The position numbers and the translations under genes were made by a program. The notes under the pieces were generated by a model. The model did no database searches, was not told the DNA's origin, and saw only the letters and a program-made list of their open reading frames with translations. A stretch of 59,046 nucleotides of DNA, counting the filler. It is 4 parts of 4 records of this genome, joined end to end, with 100 filler letters (N's around TTAATTAATTAA, not from the genome) between each part and the next. Parts side by side here need not be neighbours in the genome. Positions count along the whole stretch, not along the records: positions 30,009 to 43,858 come from SRR20825019_1000; positions 43,959 to 52,631 come from SRR20825019_1010; 2 more parts are not named here. The stretch is one strand, 5' to 3'. Shown here in pieces: positions 35,128-46,164 of this stretch (position 1 is the stretch's first letter; each line of letters starts with the position of its first letter).

Positions 35128-36753
35128 ATGAAAGAAAAAGTTATAATTACCGCTCTCTTGCTTATAAACTTTGCTGCTTTTGCACAAGAATTCTCCCGTG
35201 CAGATACACTTCGCGGTAGCTTAACACCTGAAAGAATTTGGTGGAATGTTACGTATTATGATTTGAAAGTTTCAGTTAATCCTTCCGAAAAATCCATTGA
35301 AGGAAGTAATACTATTTCATACAAAACATTGGAAACAAATCAAATAATGCAAATAGATTTACAGGCTCCAATGAAAATTGATAAAGTGGTTCAAGATGGA
35401 CAAGAAATAACTTTCACTTCGGATGGGGATGCGCATTTTTTAAAACTTCAAAAAAAACAGAAAAAAGGAAAAGAGGATAAAATAACGGTTTATTTCTCAG
35501 GAAAACCGATTGTAGCAAGGCGTCCACCGTGGGATGGCGGATTTACTTGGACGAAAGATAGCAATGGAAAGGATTTTATAGCAACCGCAAACGAAGGCAT
35601 TGGCTCTAGTGTTTGGTGGCCACTAAAAGACCACCCATCAGATGAGCCTGATAAGGGCATTACTATTTCAATTACTGCTCCAAAGCACCTTATGGATGTT
35701 AGCAATGGAAGATTGAAAAAAGTTATTGAAAATGAAACAACAAAAACGTGGGTTTGGGAAGTTGTAAACCCAATAAATGCATACGGCGTAAACATTAATA
35801 TTGGTGATTATGTACACTGGAGTGAAAAATACAAAGGTGAAAAAGGGATGCTGGATATGGATTATTATGTGCTTCGTGAAAATGAAGCAAAAGCTAAAAT
35901 TCAGTTTAAACAAGCGGCAATGACCATGGAAGCTTTTGAGCATTGGTTTGGCCCCTACCCTTTTTATGAAGACGGTTATAAGCTAGTTGAAGCCCCATAT
36001 TTAGGAATGGAGCACCAAAGTAGTGTAACTTATGGCAACAAGTTTGAAAATGGATATTTAGGCCGAGATCTTTCAAGAACTGGCTGGGGTTTAAAGTTCG
36101 ATTTTATAATTATTCATGAAAGTGGTCATGAGTGGTTTGCAAATAATATTACCAATAATGATATTGCAGATATGTGGATACATGAAGGGTTTACCTGCTA
36201 TTCAGAAAATCTATATTTGGATTATTTCTTTGGAAAAAAAGCATCATCTGAATATGTAATTGGTATTCGAAAAAACATTTTGAACGACCGCCCAATTATT
36301 GGCGAATACAATGTTGATAATCAAGGGAGCAGCGATATGTATTATAAAGGAGCCAATATTCTTCATACAATTCGGCAACTGATTCAAGATGATGAAAAAT
36401 GGCGCCAAATTCTTCGTGGTCTCAATGAAGACTTTTACCACCAAACAATTAGCAGCAAACAAGTTGAGGACTACATAAGCAAGAAAAGTGGTTTAAATTT
36501 AACTGAATTCTGGGATCAATATTTACGAACCACAGAAATCCCAAAAATTGAATATTCCTTTAATGAAGATACGTTGAAGTTTCGCTATGTAAATACCATA
36601 GAAAATTTTGAAATGCCTATTATTGCTGAAATAAACGGAACTGAAGAATGGATTTACCCAAGTTCAGAATGGAAGACCAAAGTGTTTTCATCAGCAATTG
36701 AAACTGTGGAAATAAAAAAAGATTTTTATGTAAATTCTGAAAAATTAAAGTAA
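35128..36753 (+). CDS. M1 family aminopeptidase
   Basis: GMEHQS, HESGHEWF-x-W..EG and YYKG. The likely start is MKEKVII (35128), which carries a signal peptide. Confidence 0.9.
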   Translation: MKEKVIITALLLINFAAFAQEFSRADTLRGSLTPERIWWNVTYYDLKVSVNPSEKSIEGSNTISYKTLETNQIMQIDLQAPMKIDKVVQDGQEITFTSDGDAHFLKLQKKQKKGKEDKITVYFSGKPIVARRPPWDGGFTWTKDSNGKDFIATANEGIGSSVWWPLKDHPSDEPDKGITISITAPKHLMDVSNGRLKKVIENETTKTWVWEVVNPINAYGVNINIGDYVHWSEKYKGEKGMLDMDYYVLRENEAKAKIQFKQAAMTMEAFEHWFGPYPFYEDGYKLVEAPYLGMEHQSSVTYGNKFENGYLGRDLSRTGWGLKFDFIIIHESGHEWFANNITNNDIADMWIHEGFTCYSENLYLDYFFGKKASSEYVIGIRKNILNDRPIIGEYNVDNQGSSDMYYKGANILHTIRQLIQDDEKWRQILRGLNEDFYHQTISSKQVEDYISKKSGLNLTEFWDQYLRTTEIPKIEYSFNEDTLKFRYVNTIENFEMPIIAEINGTEEWIYPSSEWKTKVFSSAIETVEIKKDFYVNSEKLK

Positions 36754-37325
36754 TGGATGAAAAACCAGAACTTTATTTTGAAGACGATTCGCAATGGCGA
36801 AATTGGTTACACGAAAATCACGATACGTTTCCAAAAGGGGTTTATTTAATTTTTTACAAATTAGAAACTGGAATTCCTACAATGCGTTGGGAAGAGGCTG
36901 TAAAAGTAGCTTTATGCTATGGTTGGATAGACAGCACAGTAAAGAGTTTAGGAGCTGGAAAAAGACGCCAATATTTCTGTAAACGCAACCCAAAAAGTGT
37001 TTGGAGTGCATTAAATAAATCATATTTAAAGGAATTAGAAAAAAATGGGCTTCTTCAAGAAAGTGGAAAGAAAATTATAGTAGAAGCTAAAAAAAATGGT
37101 AGCTGGACTGCTTTAGACGCAGTTGAAAAATTAATTATTCCTGAAGATCTTCAAAAAAGTTTTCAAGGAAATCCACTAGCTTATTCAAATTATAAAAAAT
37201 TCCCGCCAAGTAGTCGAAAAAGTTATCTTTATTGGCTCAATCAAGCAAAAAGGGAAGAAACAAGAGCAAAACGTATTTCAGAAATAACTGCGCTTTGTGA
37301 AAAAAATATAAAATCAAGAAATTAA
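36753..37325 (+). CDS. YdeI/OmpD-associated family protein
   Basis: WRNWLHENH, ALCYGWIDS, SVWSALNK and AKREETRAKRI. Confidence 0.88.
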   Translation: MDEKPELYFEDDSQWRNWLHENHDTFPKGVYLIFYKLETGIPTMRWEEAVKVALCYGWIDSTVKSLGAGKRRQYFCKRNPKSVWSALNKSYLKELEKNGLLQESGKKIIVEAKKNGSWTALDAVEKLIIPEDLQKSFQGNPLAYSNYKKFPPSSRKSYLYWLNQAKREETRAKRISEITALCEKNIKSRN

Positions 37326-37343
37326 ATACTTAACATACCTACT

Positions 37344-40300
37344 ATGAGAATTTTTCCATTTCTAATCTTATTTACTATTTCAACTACATTTTTCGCACAA
37401 AAAAAAGATTCTAAAGCCAAAGAAAAAGAAGAATCAAAGTGGGAAGTAGCCAATCCAGGTAACGATTTTAACTACAAAACACATTCCTTTTCTACAAATG
37501 AAGGCACTTGGATGAATCTTGATGTAAGTCCAGATGGTAAAACCATAGTTTTTGATTTGTTGGGTGATATTTATAGCATGCCAATTACAGGCGGTGAAGC
37601 CAAAATACTTAGCGCAGGCATTCCTTTTGAAATTCAACCTAGATTTAGTCCAGATGGTACAAAAATTTCATTCACAAGTGATGCTGGTGGTGGAGATAAT
37701 ATTTGGGTAATGAATAGCGATGGAACCGATGCGAAGCAGATTACTAAAGAAGATTTCAGGCTTTTAAACAATGCGGTTTGGAGTGCAGATGGTAACTATT
37801 TAATAGCACGAAAGCATTTTTCATCCGGAAGAAGTTTAGGTGCTGGAGAAATGTGGCAATATCATAAATCTGGCGGAAGTGGTTTGCAACTCACAAAACG
37901 TAAAAACGACCAACAAGATGTAAATGAACCTTTTGTTTCACAAGACGGAAAATACCTTTACTACTGTGAAGATGTATATCCAGGTGGTTATTTTCAATAT
38001 AACAAAGACCCAAACGATCAAATTTATGTGATAAAACGATATGAATTTGAAACTGGAAAAACAGAAACAATTACAGGTGGACCAGGAAGTGCTTCGAGGC
38101 CAACAATTTCACCTGACGGAAAAAAATTGGCATTCATAAAAAGAGTTCGAACCAAAAGTGTTTTGTTTTTACACGATTTAGAAACTGGTGAAGAATGGCC
38201 TATTTACGATGCTTTAAACAAAGACCAACAGGAAGCTTGGGCACTTTTTGGCACATACCCAAACTTCAGTTGGATGCCTAATAACCAAGAAATCGTTTTT
38301 TGGAGTGGTGGAAAAATAAATAAGATCGAGGTGAATTCACTTACTGTTACAGATATTCCTTTTAGTGTAAAGGTGAATATTGATTTGGCAGAAACCGTGC
38401 ATTTCAACAATAAAATTGAGTCTGAAACATTTACACCAAAAATGATTCGTCATGCAGTTACTTCACCAAATGGGAAGTTTATTGTTTTTAGTGCGCTAGG
38501 GCATTTATATAAAAAAACCCTACCAAATGGTACTCCAGAACGCTTAACGAATAGTACAGATTTTGAATTTGAACCGTGTTTTTCACCTAATGGCACTGAA
38601 ATTAGCTTCGTAACTTGGAATGATCTTGAAAAAGGTGCAATTCGAAAAATTTCAATTAATGGTGGAAATTCAACAAAAATAACCTCTGAAAAAGGAATTT
38701 ATAGAACCCCTTCCTATTCCCCAGATGGTACAAAAATTGTCTTCAGAAAAGAAAAAGGAAATACCGATCAAGGATTTACCTACACTAAAAATGATGGTAT
38801 TTACATTATAGACGCAAATGGGAACAATGAAAAATTTGTTGTTGATAAAGGAGAATACCCGCTATTTAGTAATGATGCAAAAAGAATTTTTCTTCAAACA
38901 GGTGGCACTTATTTTGGTAATATTGAAAAACAATTGCTTAGTGTAAATCTTGATGGAGCGGATGAAAAAACACATATTAAATCAAAATACGCAAATAGAT
39001 TAATACCAAGTCCAGATAATAAATGGATTGCTTTTACAAACCTTCACAAGCTATATGTTGCGCCTTTCCCGCTTAACGGGCAAACTATTGATTTAGATAA
39101 CAACAGTAAATCTGTACCTGTTTCTCAACTCGCAAAAGATGCTGGCATCAATATTCATTGGTCATCAAACAGTGAAAAATTAATGTGGACATTGGGTGAT
39201 GAATATTTTAGCAATAAACTTAAGGATCGTTTTACTTTCTTACCTGATTCTCCAGAAAAAGTCCCTGAAATAACAGAATCGGGAATAAAAATTGACTTAC
39301 AGGCTCCTATAGATATACCTACCGGTAAAATTGCTTTTACCAATGCACGAATAATAACAATGGAAAACGACAAAGTGATTGAAAATGGAACCATTGTTAT
39401 AAACGGAAATAAAATTGAAGCAATAGGTGAAACTGATAAAGTCTCTATCCCTGCTGGAACAAAGGTATATGCTTCGGAAGGAAAAACAATTATGCCAGGA
39501 ATGGTAGATGCGCATGCACATGTGGGGGCTTTTCGTTATGGATTACCTTCACAACAATATTGGCCTTTTATGGCAAATTTGGCGTTTGGTGTAACAACAT
39601 CTCACGATCCATCTGCAAATACTGAAACGGTTTTTACGCTTTCTGAACTTCAAAAAAGTGGAAATTTGGTTGGACCTAGATTATATTCAACAGGGTTTAT
39701 TCTTTATGGTGCCGATGGCGATTTTAAAGCAGTGATTAATAATTTAGAAGATGCAAGAAGTAGTATTCGGCGTACAAAAGCATTTGGTGCTAAAAGTGTA
39801 AAAAGTTACAATCAGCCACGTAGAGACCAGCGCCAACAAGTTTTACAGGCTGCAAGAGAAATGCAAATTAACGTTGTGCCAGAAGGTGGCTCAACGTTTT
39901 ATCACAATTTAACGATGGTAATTGACGGCCATACAGGTGTAGAGCACAATATACCGGTAGCCCCAGTTTATAAAGATGTTTTGGAGATTTGGGGTAAAAG
40001 TGGTTCTGGCTATACTCCTACGCTAATTGTAAATTATGGCGGAATGAATGGAGAATTTTACTTCTATGAACGCGACAATGTGTGGGAAAATGAAAAATTA
40101 TTAAATTTTACACCGCGTAGTATTGTAGATAGCCGTTCACGCCACAGAATAAAATCTCCACAAGAAGAATATAAAAACGGTCATATTTTAGTTTCTGAAA
40201 CTGTTAAAGAACTTAGTGAAGCAGGTGTAAAAGTTAATATGGGCGCTCATGGGCAGTTACAAGGCCTTGGAGCTCATTGGGAAACTTGGATGTTACAACA

Positions 40301-40634
40301 AGGTGGAATGAGTAATTTGGAAGCATTAAAAGCCGCAACTATAAATTCTGCGGAATACATTGGCGCTGGGCAAGATATTGGCTCTCTTAAAGTAGGAAAA
40401 CTAGCCGATTTAATCGTAATGGATGAAAACCCACTTGAGAATATAGAAAATACTCAAACCATAAAAATGGTTATGATTAATGGAAGGTTATACGATTCTG
40501 AAACGATGAATGAAATTGGAAACAACCCAAAAGATAGACTTCCTTTTTTCTGGGAAATGGATAAATACAATCAAGCTTTTCCATGGCATCAAGATACTCA
40601 AGGTTTTATGGATGGCGGCTGTAGCTGCCATTAA
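37344..40634 (+). CDS. Secreted amidohydrolase with N-terminal TolB/PD40 beta-propellers
   Basis: Repeated P.FSPDG motifs; PGMVDAHAH, GAHGQLQG and GSLKVGKLADL. Confidence 0.9.
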   Translation: MRIFPFLILFTISTTFFAQKKDSKAKEKEESKWEVANPGNDFNYKTHSFSTNEGTWMNLDVSPDGKTIVFDLLGDIYSMPITGGEAKILSAGIPFEIQPRFSPDGTKISFTSDAGGGDNIWVMNSDGTDAKQITKEDFRLLNNAVWSADGNYLIARKHFSSGRSLGAGEMWQYHKSGGSGLQLTKRKNDQQDVNEPFVSQDGKYLYYCEDVYPGGYFQYNKDPNDQIYVIKRYEFETGKTETITGGPGSASRPTISPDGKKLAFIKRVRTKSVLFLHDLETGEEWPIYDALNKDQQEAWALFGTYPNFSWMPNNQEIVFWSGGKINKIEVNSLTVTDIPFSVKVNIDLAETVHFNNKIESETFTPKMIRHAVTSPNGKFIVFSALGHLYKKTLPNGTPERLTNSTDFEFEPCFSPNGTEISFVTWNDLEKGAIRKISINGGNSTKITSEKGIYRTPSYSPDGTKIVFRKEKGNTDQGFTYTKNDGIYIIDANGNNEKFVVDKGEYPLFSNDAKRIFLQTGGTYFGNIEKQLLSVNLDGADEKTHIKSKYANRLIPSPDNKWIAFTNLHKLYVAPFPLNGQTIDLDNNSKSVPVSQLAKDAGINIHWSSNSEKLMWTLGDEYFSNKLKDRFTFLPDSPEKVPEITESGIKIDLQAPIDIPTGKIAFTNARIITMENDKVIENGTIVINGNKIEAIGETDKVSIPAGTKVYASEGKTIMPGMVDAHAHVGAFRYGLPSQQYWPFMANLAFGVTTSHDPSANTETVFTLSELQKSGNLVGPRLYSTGFILYGADGDFKAVINNLEDARSSIRRTKAFGAKSVKSYNQPRRDQRQQVLQAAREMQINVVPEGGSTFYHNLTMVIDGHTGVEHNIPVAPVYKDVLEIWGKSGSGYTPTLIVNYGGMNGEFYFYERDNVWENEKLLNFTPRSIVDSRSRHRIKSPQEEYKNGHILVSETVKELSEAGVKVNMGAHGQLQGLGAHWETWMLQQGGMSNLEALKAATINSAEYIGAGQDIGSLKVGKLADLIVMDENPLENIENTQTIKMVMINGRLYDSETMNEIGNNPKDRLPFFWEMDKYNQAFPWHQDTQGFMDGGCSCH

Positions 40635-40652
40635 TAGCTTATAAAAAACAAA

Positions 40653-40961
40653 ATGTACCGAGCTTATTGGCAGTTTTATAAAACTATAGTGCCTTTTATA
40701 ATTGTATTTTCTATTATATGCAGTTTGTTTGGAGGATTGCTTTGGGCATCTTTGCTTTTTTTAATTATTAGCCCTTTTATTGGAATGATTGGTTTTAAAG
40801 TGTTTTATAAAGAACAGTTCTATTTTTATTTCAATTTAGGCTTATCAAAGTTTAAATTACTAAAAGCTTCATTTATTATAAACTTTCTAATAGGAATACC
40901 TGTTTTTGGCTTGCTATTTTTAATATTAAACCTTTTCATTGGCATTAATACAACTACATAG
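40653..40961 (+). CDS. Small membrane protein, probably the partner of the downstream ABC ATPase
   Basis: Three hydrophobic segments and a YFYFNLGLSK motif; overlaps the ATPase gene. Confidence 0.65.
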   Translation: MYRAYWQFYKTIVPFIIVFSIICSLFGGLLWASLLFLIISPFIGMIGFKVFYKEQFYFYFNLGLSKFKLLKASFIINFLIGIPVFGLLFLILNLFIGINTTT

Positions 40962-41610
40962 TGCATCAAAAACTTTTGGTAAGAAAGAAATCATCAAAAA
41001 TGTTTCTTTTTCACTTGAAACAGGCACTATTTTAGGCATTTTCGGAAGAAACGGCTGCGGAAAATCGACGCTGCTCAAAATGATTTTTGGAACTGTAATA
41101 GCTGACTCTATTAAAATTTCTTTCGATAATAATTCTTTTAATCCAAGGAATACTATTAATAATAGACAGATTGCTTATTTACCACAATTTTCTTTTTTGC
41201 CAAAAAACATAAAAGTTCGCGACTTGATTCCCATATATTTTTCTGAAGAGAAGGTCCAAGATGCAATTTTTTACGATCCTTTAATTGCAACATTTACTGC
41301 AAAGAAAGTAAGTGACTTATCCTTAGGGCAAGTTCGTTATTTGGAGGTGCTTTTAGCTGGTAATTCCCCACATCCCTTTATTATGTTCGATGAACCATTT
41401 TCGATGGTAGACCCATTATATAAAATTGAAATATCGAATTTTCTGAACAAAATTAAAGTTGAAAAAGGAATACTTATAACCGATCATCATTATAAAGATG
41501 TTTTAAACATTACAACTCAAAATTTATTGATTAAAAATGGTTTGTCCCACTCCATTGAAAGCAAAGAAAGTTTAAAGGAATTCAACTACCTCAGTGAAAA
41601 TTCGATATAA
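40939..41610 (+). CDS. ABC transporter ATP-binding protein
   Basis: Walker A GRNGCGKST, signature LSLGQ, Walker B FDEPF and ITDH. Confidence 0.9.
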   Translation: MALIQLHSASKTFGKKEIIKNVSFSLETGTILGIFGRNGCGKSTLLKMIFGTVIADSIKISFDNNSFNPRNTINNRQIAYLPQFSFLPKNIKVRDLIPIYFSEEKVQDAIFYDPLIATFTAKKVSDLSLGQVRYLEVLLAGNSPHPFIMFDEPFSMVDPLYKIEISNFLNKIKVEKGILITDHHYKDVLNITTQNLLIKNGLSHSIESKESLKEFNYLSENSI

Positions 41611-41635
41611 AAAAAGCCTCATTGCTGAGGCTTAT
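41608..41635. terminator. Terminator hairpin between the convergent ABC and fasciclin genes
   Basis: An A-run, then AAGCCTCA-ttgc-TGAGGCTT. Confidence 0.7.
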
Positions 41636-41657
41636 AAAATTAATTTTTAAGTTTGAA

Positions 41658-42290
41658 TTATTTTTTTGGCATCAACACTTTATCAATTGTGTGAACAATC
41701 CCGTTTGATGCATCCATATCTGCACTTGTTACGGTTGCAGTATTTCCGTTGGCATCTTTTATCATTACTTTTCCATCTTTTTCAGACAAGGTTAAAATTT
41801 CGCCATTCATAGTGGTAACATCAAGCTTATTATTTGCTTCTTTTATTTTTACTAAAACGTCTGTAGCATTCATTTTCCCTTGAAGTACATGATATTTCAA
41901 TACTTTTTGAAGATTTTCTTTGTTTTCTGGCTTCATAAGTTCTTCGCGAGTTGCTTTCTTAACTTTTTCAAAAGCATCGTTTGTAGGCGCAAATACTGTA
42001 TATTCTCCTTCTGCTTTTAAAGTTTGAGCTAAATCTGCAGCTTGCAAAGCGCTAACTAAAGTAGAAAGTTCTGAATTTCCCATTGCTTTTGCAGCAATTG
42101 AATTCGCTTCCATTTCAGCCATTTTCATTTTCGTTTCTTCTTCTAATTTCATTAAAGAATCACTTTCACGCTGCATACGCATTTCTTCTGCCTGTGCTTG
42201 GGCTTCCGCTTCTTTCTTTTTTGAATCATTACAGCTCGCAAATAGCATTGTTACTACTGCAGCCGACATAAAAATTGTTTTTAGTTTCAT
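41658..42290 (-). CDS. Fasciclin (FAS1) domain lipoprotein
   Basis: Lipobox FAS-C; YTVFAPTNDAF, LKYHV and NGIVHTIDKVL. Confidence 0.92.
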   Translation of the reverse strand: MKLKTIFMSAAVVTMLFASCNDSKKKEAEAQAQAEEMRMQRESDSLMKLEEETKMKMAEMEANSIAAKAMGNSELSTLVSALQAADLAQTLKAEGEYTVFAPTNDAFEKVKKATREELMKPENKENLQKVLKYHVLQGKMNATDVLVKIKEANNKLDVTTMNGEILTLSEKDGKVMIKDANGNTATVTSADMDASNGIVHTIDKVLMPKK

Positions 42291-42315
42291 AGTTTTATAG
42301 ATGATTTGTTTACAC

Positions 42316-42323
42316 CAAAGATA
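42316..42323 (-). promoter_or_regulatory. Bacteroidetes -7 promoter element (TAnnTTTG) for the fasciclin gene
   Basis: TATCTTTG on the minus strand ~25 nt upstream of the start codon. Confidence 0.45.
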
Positions 42324-42483
42324 TTCTAAGTATTGCTAATTTTTTATTAATTCTGATTAATATTTAGTTAAAACAATATCAAATATTTAAATATTAATTC
42401 CATGTATTAAAGTTTTGCAAATACATAAATCTAAAACACTATATTTTTGTATATTTAAAAAATAACTTTTAAACTTTAAAAAA

Positions 42484-42861
42484 ATGATTAAATCAAAATA
42501 CCAAAGTGTTTTGGATTTAGGTGAAAAACTTAATATTCAAAATGGCGATGTAAAAGAAGAAAATGGACAATTAAAAGTTTGGGGAACTGCAAATACTCCT
42601 TATGAAAAAAATCTTCTTTGGGATGAAATAAAACGTGTTGGTGGTGAAAGCCCAACAGATATTATGGCAGATATACAAGTTGCAGACTCATCGGTTTATG
42701 CACACCATACTGTAAAAAGCGGAGAATCTCTTAGCAAAATAGCTAAGCATTATTATAAAGATCCAAATAAATACAATGCAATTTTTGAAGCAAATAGAGG
42801 AAAATTAAAATCTGCTGATCTTATTCACCCTGGTGATGAATTAGTAATCCCCCATATTTAA
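42484..42861 (+). CDS. BON-like + LysM protein (Kbp/YgaU-like)
   Basis: HTVKSGESLSKIAKHYY...IFEANR...LIHPGDELVIP. Confidence 0.88.
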   Translation: MIKSKYQSVLDLGEKLNIQNGDVKEENGQLKVWGTANTPYEKNLLWDEIKRVGGESPTDIMADIQVADSSVYAHHTVKSGESLSKIAKHYYKDPNKYNAIFEANRGKLKSADLIHPGDELVIPHI

Positions 42862-42876
42862 TTTTAAAGAACAATT

Positions 42877-42914
42877 AAAAAACCCCGCAAGCACAAATAC
42901 TTGCGGGGTTTTTA
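42877..42914. terminator. Bidirectional intrinsic terminator
   Basis: AAAAACCCCGCAAG-cacaaata-CTTGCGGGGTTTTT between convergent genes. Confidence 0.88.
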
Positions 42915-42924
42915 GTTTGTTAAT

Positions 42925-43858
42925 TTAAAGTCCACTAATGTAGCTTCCATATAAATCTTTAAAATGCAATCCATTTCCCAAACTAAATTTACTTAGCTTA
43001 TTATTCTCAGCCAAAGCCCAGAGTATAACTTCCTTTAAAAAATACGCATCGTTTTTTGAAGTTTCAGGTTGATATTTTTCAATTAACTGTTGAAGCGGGA
43101 TAATTCTATCTAGTTCACTTTTATATGCTACATCTGAAAAAGAATCGAGAAGTTCAAAATCATTTTCTTCAAAAAACCAAGCTACTATTTCAGCATACGG
43201 ATCTATAGCGTCTTGTTTAGAAAGTTTTTCAATCTTCGGAAATTTTTCTAAAAATGTAGTGTTTACAGCATCTACAATTAACTGTTGTGCAACTTGCGAA
43301 ACGCCTTCTTGCTCGCCTTCATAAACCAATTCTACTTTTCCAGTAATTGAAGGAATAATACCAATAAAATCGCCCAAGCGAAGACTTGTTTTTTCTTCGC
43401 CATTTTGTAAAGCTCTTCGTTCTGCAGTGCTCAAGAGGTTTTCAAAAGCAGTTATACTTAATCGTGCACTTACGCCACTTTTTGCATCTATAAAATCATT
43501 TTTTCTAGCTTCAAAACTAATTTGTTCTAAGATATCTTTTGCTAATTCTGGTACATAAATATTTGATTTCGCATTGATAGCTTCCGTAGTTTCTTGAGCG
43601 GTAATTGCACGTGCAGTTTCTATTTTTTTAGGGTAATGCGTTAAAATTTGCGAACCAATCCTATCTTTTAAAGGAGTTACAATACTTCCTCTATTGGTGT
43701 AATCTTCTGGGTTTGCAGTAAAAACAAACTGAATATCTAAGGGCAATCGCACCGCAAAACCACGAATCTGAATATCGCCTTCTTGCAAAATATTAAAAAG
43801 TGCCACTTGAATTCTAGGTTGTAAATCTGGCAATTCATTAATAACAAAAATGCAACGA
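42925..43858 (-). CDS. Magnesium-chelatase-like AAA+ ATPase, 5'-truncated by the contig end
   Basis: FVINELPDLQPRIQVALFNILQEGDIQIRG, FTANPEDYTNRGSIVTPLKDRIGSQI and SGVSAR. Confidence 0.85.
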
Positions 43859-43958
43859 NNNNNNNNNNNNNNNNNNNNNNNNNNNNNNNNNNNNNNNNNN
43901 NNTTAATTAATTAANNNNNNNNNNNNNNNNNNNNNNNNNNNNNNNNNNNNNNNNNNNN
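43859..43958. other. Artificial contig linker N44-TTAATTAATTAA-N44
   Basis: Identical to the other two linkers. Confidence 0.98.
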
Positions 43959-44641
43959 GGTGCAGTCTGTGTGCGCGCCACTCAAGCTCAGTCCTGAGGC
44001 TATTCAGTCCACTGAAACCGTTGCGACCGCCGCAAGCTGGGGGTGGTCACTCGCACCCCCGGCCGGCGGAGGGCAGGTCAGCGCGGCCCTAATCCGGCAC
44101 TAGCCCAGGTTGGGCAAGGGTGCCCTGAGTGGCCGCGGCGGGCCGGGACGGCGCCCCCCGGCCCAGCCGGCGGCCGCGCGGTACCGTACGGTGCCTGTGC
44201 CGGGGTGCCACCGGGGTGTGTGGCTGTGGCCCCGCGTCCGCAAGTTGGCGGGGGTCGGTCGGTCGACCGCGCGGGAACGGCAGGGCTGGCCCCGTGACGG
44301 GGCGTGAGCCACGCCCGGCCAGCTGAGCCGGCCACCGGCCGCGCCGGGCCGGACGGGCCGCAGGCGGCTTCAGTTGCGACCGTCCTGACGGATAGGTGGT
44401 CGGCGGCCTTCCGAAAATAGGAACAGCAACCGTCCTTCTCGTTCGTTTCGAGGACGCACGCGAAGTGAAGAACTGGAGTCATCCGTATCGATTTAGCGTC
44501 ATGTGATTTTCACGAGGACTTCCGCTTCCCGAGTCAGTCCGGCGGGCCTGAGTGAGGGCGCTCAGGCCGGCCCGCGTCCGCCAGTCAACGGTGGCGGTCA
44601 CTGTCTGAGGCGTACCCAGGGGCGCATCGAATCCAGTCGGT

Positions 44642-44714
44642 GATCCGGTGGTGATACTGAACAGGCTGGTGTTGATACTGAACAGGCTGGCCTGTTCAGT
44701 ATCACCACCGGATC
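44642..44714. repeat. 25-bp perfect inverted repeat overlapping a 21-nt tandem duplication
   Basis: GATCCGGTGGTGATACTGAACAGGC (44642-44666) is the reverse complement of 44690-44714. 44647-44667 and 44668-44688 are direct copies with one mismatch. Confidence 0.9.
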
Positions 44715-44742
44715 CTCGGCGGCCGTCGCCACTGCCGGCCCC

Positions 44743-46164
44743 TTACGCGGTGTTCAGTTCAGTCTCAGACCGCCTCCAGGGGTTGGTTGGCATGCGCCCC
44801 AGCGACGCTAACTCCATGATAACGTTCGACACCAGTCCTCCTTGTACCTGTTCTCTGATGGACTCAACGGTCTTTCTCCGGAGTCCCTGGTTGCAACCGT
44901 AGTCACCTCTAGCCAGCACTACAGTCCGGCTTCTGGTTCAAGTCGCTTTCCAGTTTCTCTACATATCTGCTCCCCACTATGATGAAGCAAGTGCGAACCA
45001 TGGACTCTTCTACAGCCGCGCACGTAGTCACTTTCCTGACAACAGGTAAGCCTAAGTCTTATCTCCTCAATCTTGGCACTAAAGTGTATGTGCCTTGCTC
45101 AGCGTCCTATTTTGCTCTATACTCTGCTTACAGCAAGCAAACTAAGAAGCTTACGCCCTCTCTATTAACTGATATCTTCTTGATGCGAAAGGGTGTTGAC
45201 CATACCCTTGTCGAAATTAACAAAGTGAGTCACAATAAGCTGACAGTCGCACATGCTGACCTGGAGAAGGCCATATCATTGAGCGGCCTAACCGCTGCCT
45301 GTCTCGCCTTCTGTCCCGGCTTCAGTGCCATCGGTGCTGACCTCCTGTGGGACTCCATGCTCTTGTTATGGCCCCATTCTGTATACAGCTCTGGTATGCC
45401 CGCAACCTTGTATTATCGTCTAATTAATCAGCACACCAGTCAAGTATTACGGCAGCAAGAATATCCCTTATTTGTCAACCTTTGGAAAGATGTTCGACGA
45501 GTTCAAGGGGAATGACATGGAAAGGGCTGTGGCAGTGAAGAAACTGTCGCTCATCGTTGGGGTCATGGGACAGGTATATCTCACGTGAATGCATCTTTGC
45601 TCGCATGTAATCGACTGTCGTAGCTTGCCCTCACTGCTGCAGTACTTGAATACGGAGCGTTCGTGGCGATGGGGATATTTGGAGTGATCTTTGGAACATT
45701 GCACTTTTACTCTATGGAAATCGACTACAAGAGAGTCTTGCAGGTGGCATGAGATGGATAATGAAAAGGATTTTGTCGCTGATAGATGCTCACAGGTCCG
45801 CCCATACGCATACCTGCCATTCGCTAGCGCCGGCGTTGCTGTTGCCTACGCGTCCTTTATGGAGTAGTGAAATGTGCTGACTGGAACGCCCTGTCACATC
45901 CAGCTATTGCTACTAAAAGGAGTTTCTTTAAAGTGACCCTTGTCTAACCGCAGGGGTGCCGGATGAATATTTCTTGGCAAGGCTTCATGAAGTGTGGCCT
46001 TTGTCACAGTCACTGGGCAGTTGAGGAGGATCCAAAGCAGCAACAGCACTGAGCAGGTACCGCACTCCCCCATCTCTGGGTTGGGTCGGGACCCTCGTAA
46101 CAGCATCAACACAGCTGCAGAGGCTGATCGCCAGAGTTTCCCTTTTACGGTTTCGTAATTCCAT
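44743..46164 (-). CDS. Possible multi-exon gene of unknown function
   Basis: Lower-GC stretch between two GC islands, with minus-strand GT/AG signals and exon-like pieces (MELRNRKRE..., SPFHVIPLELVEHL, ...NPWRRSETELNTA). No full model could be assembled. Confidence 0.3.

Noticed and set aside
30009-43858. Bacterial block as a horizontal transfer into the eukaryote
   Set aside because: It is bounded on both sides by artificial linkers, and both end genes are truncated; it is a separate contig.
44979-45515. 178-aa plus-strand ORF
   Set aside because: No recognisable domain, and splice signals favour a minus-strand gene; left unresolved.
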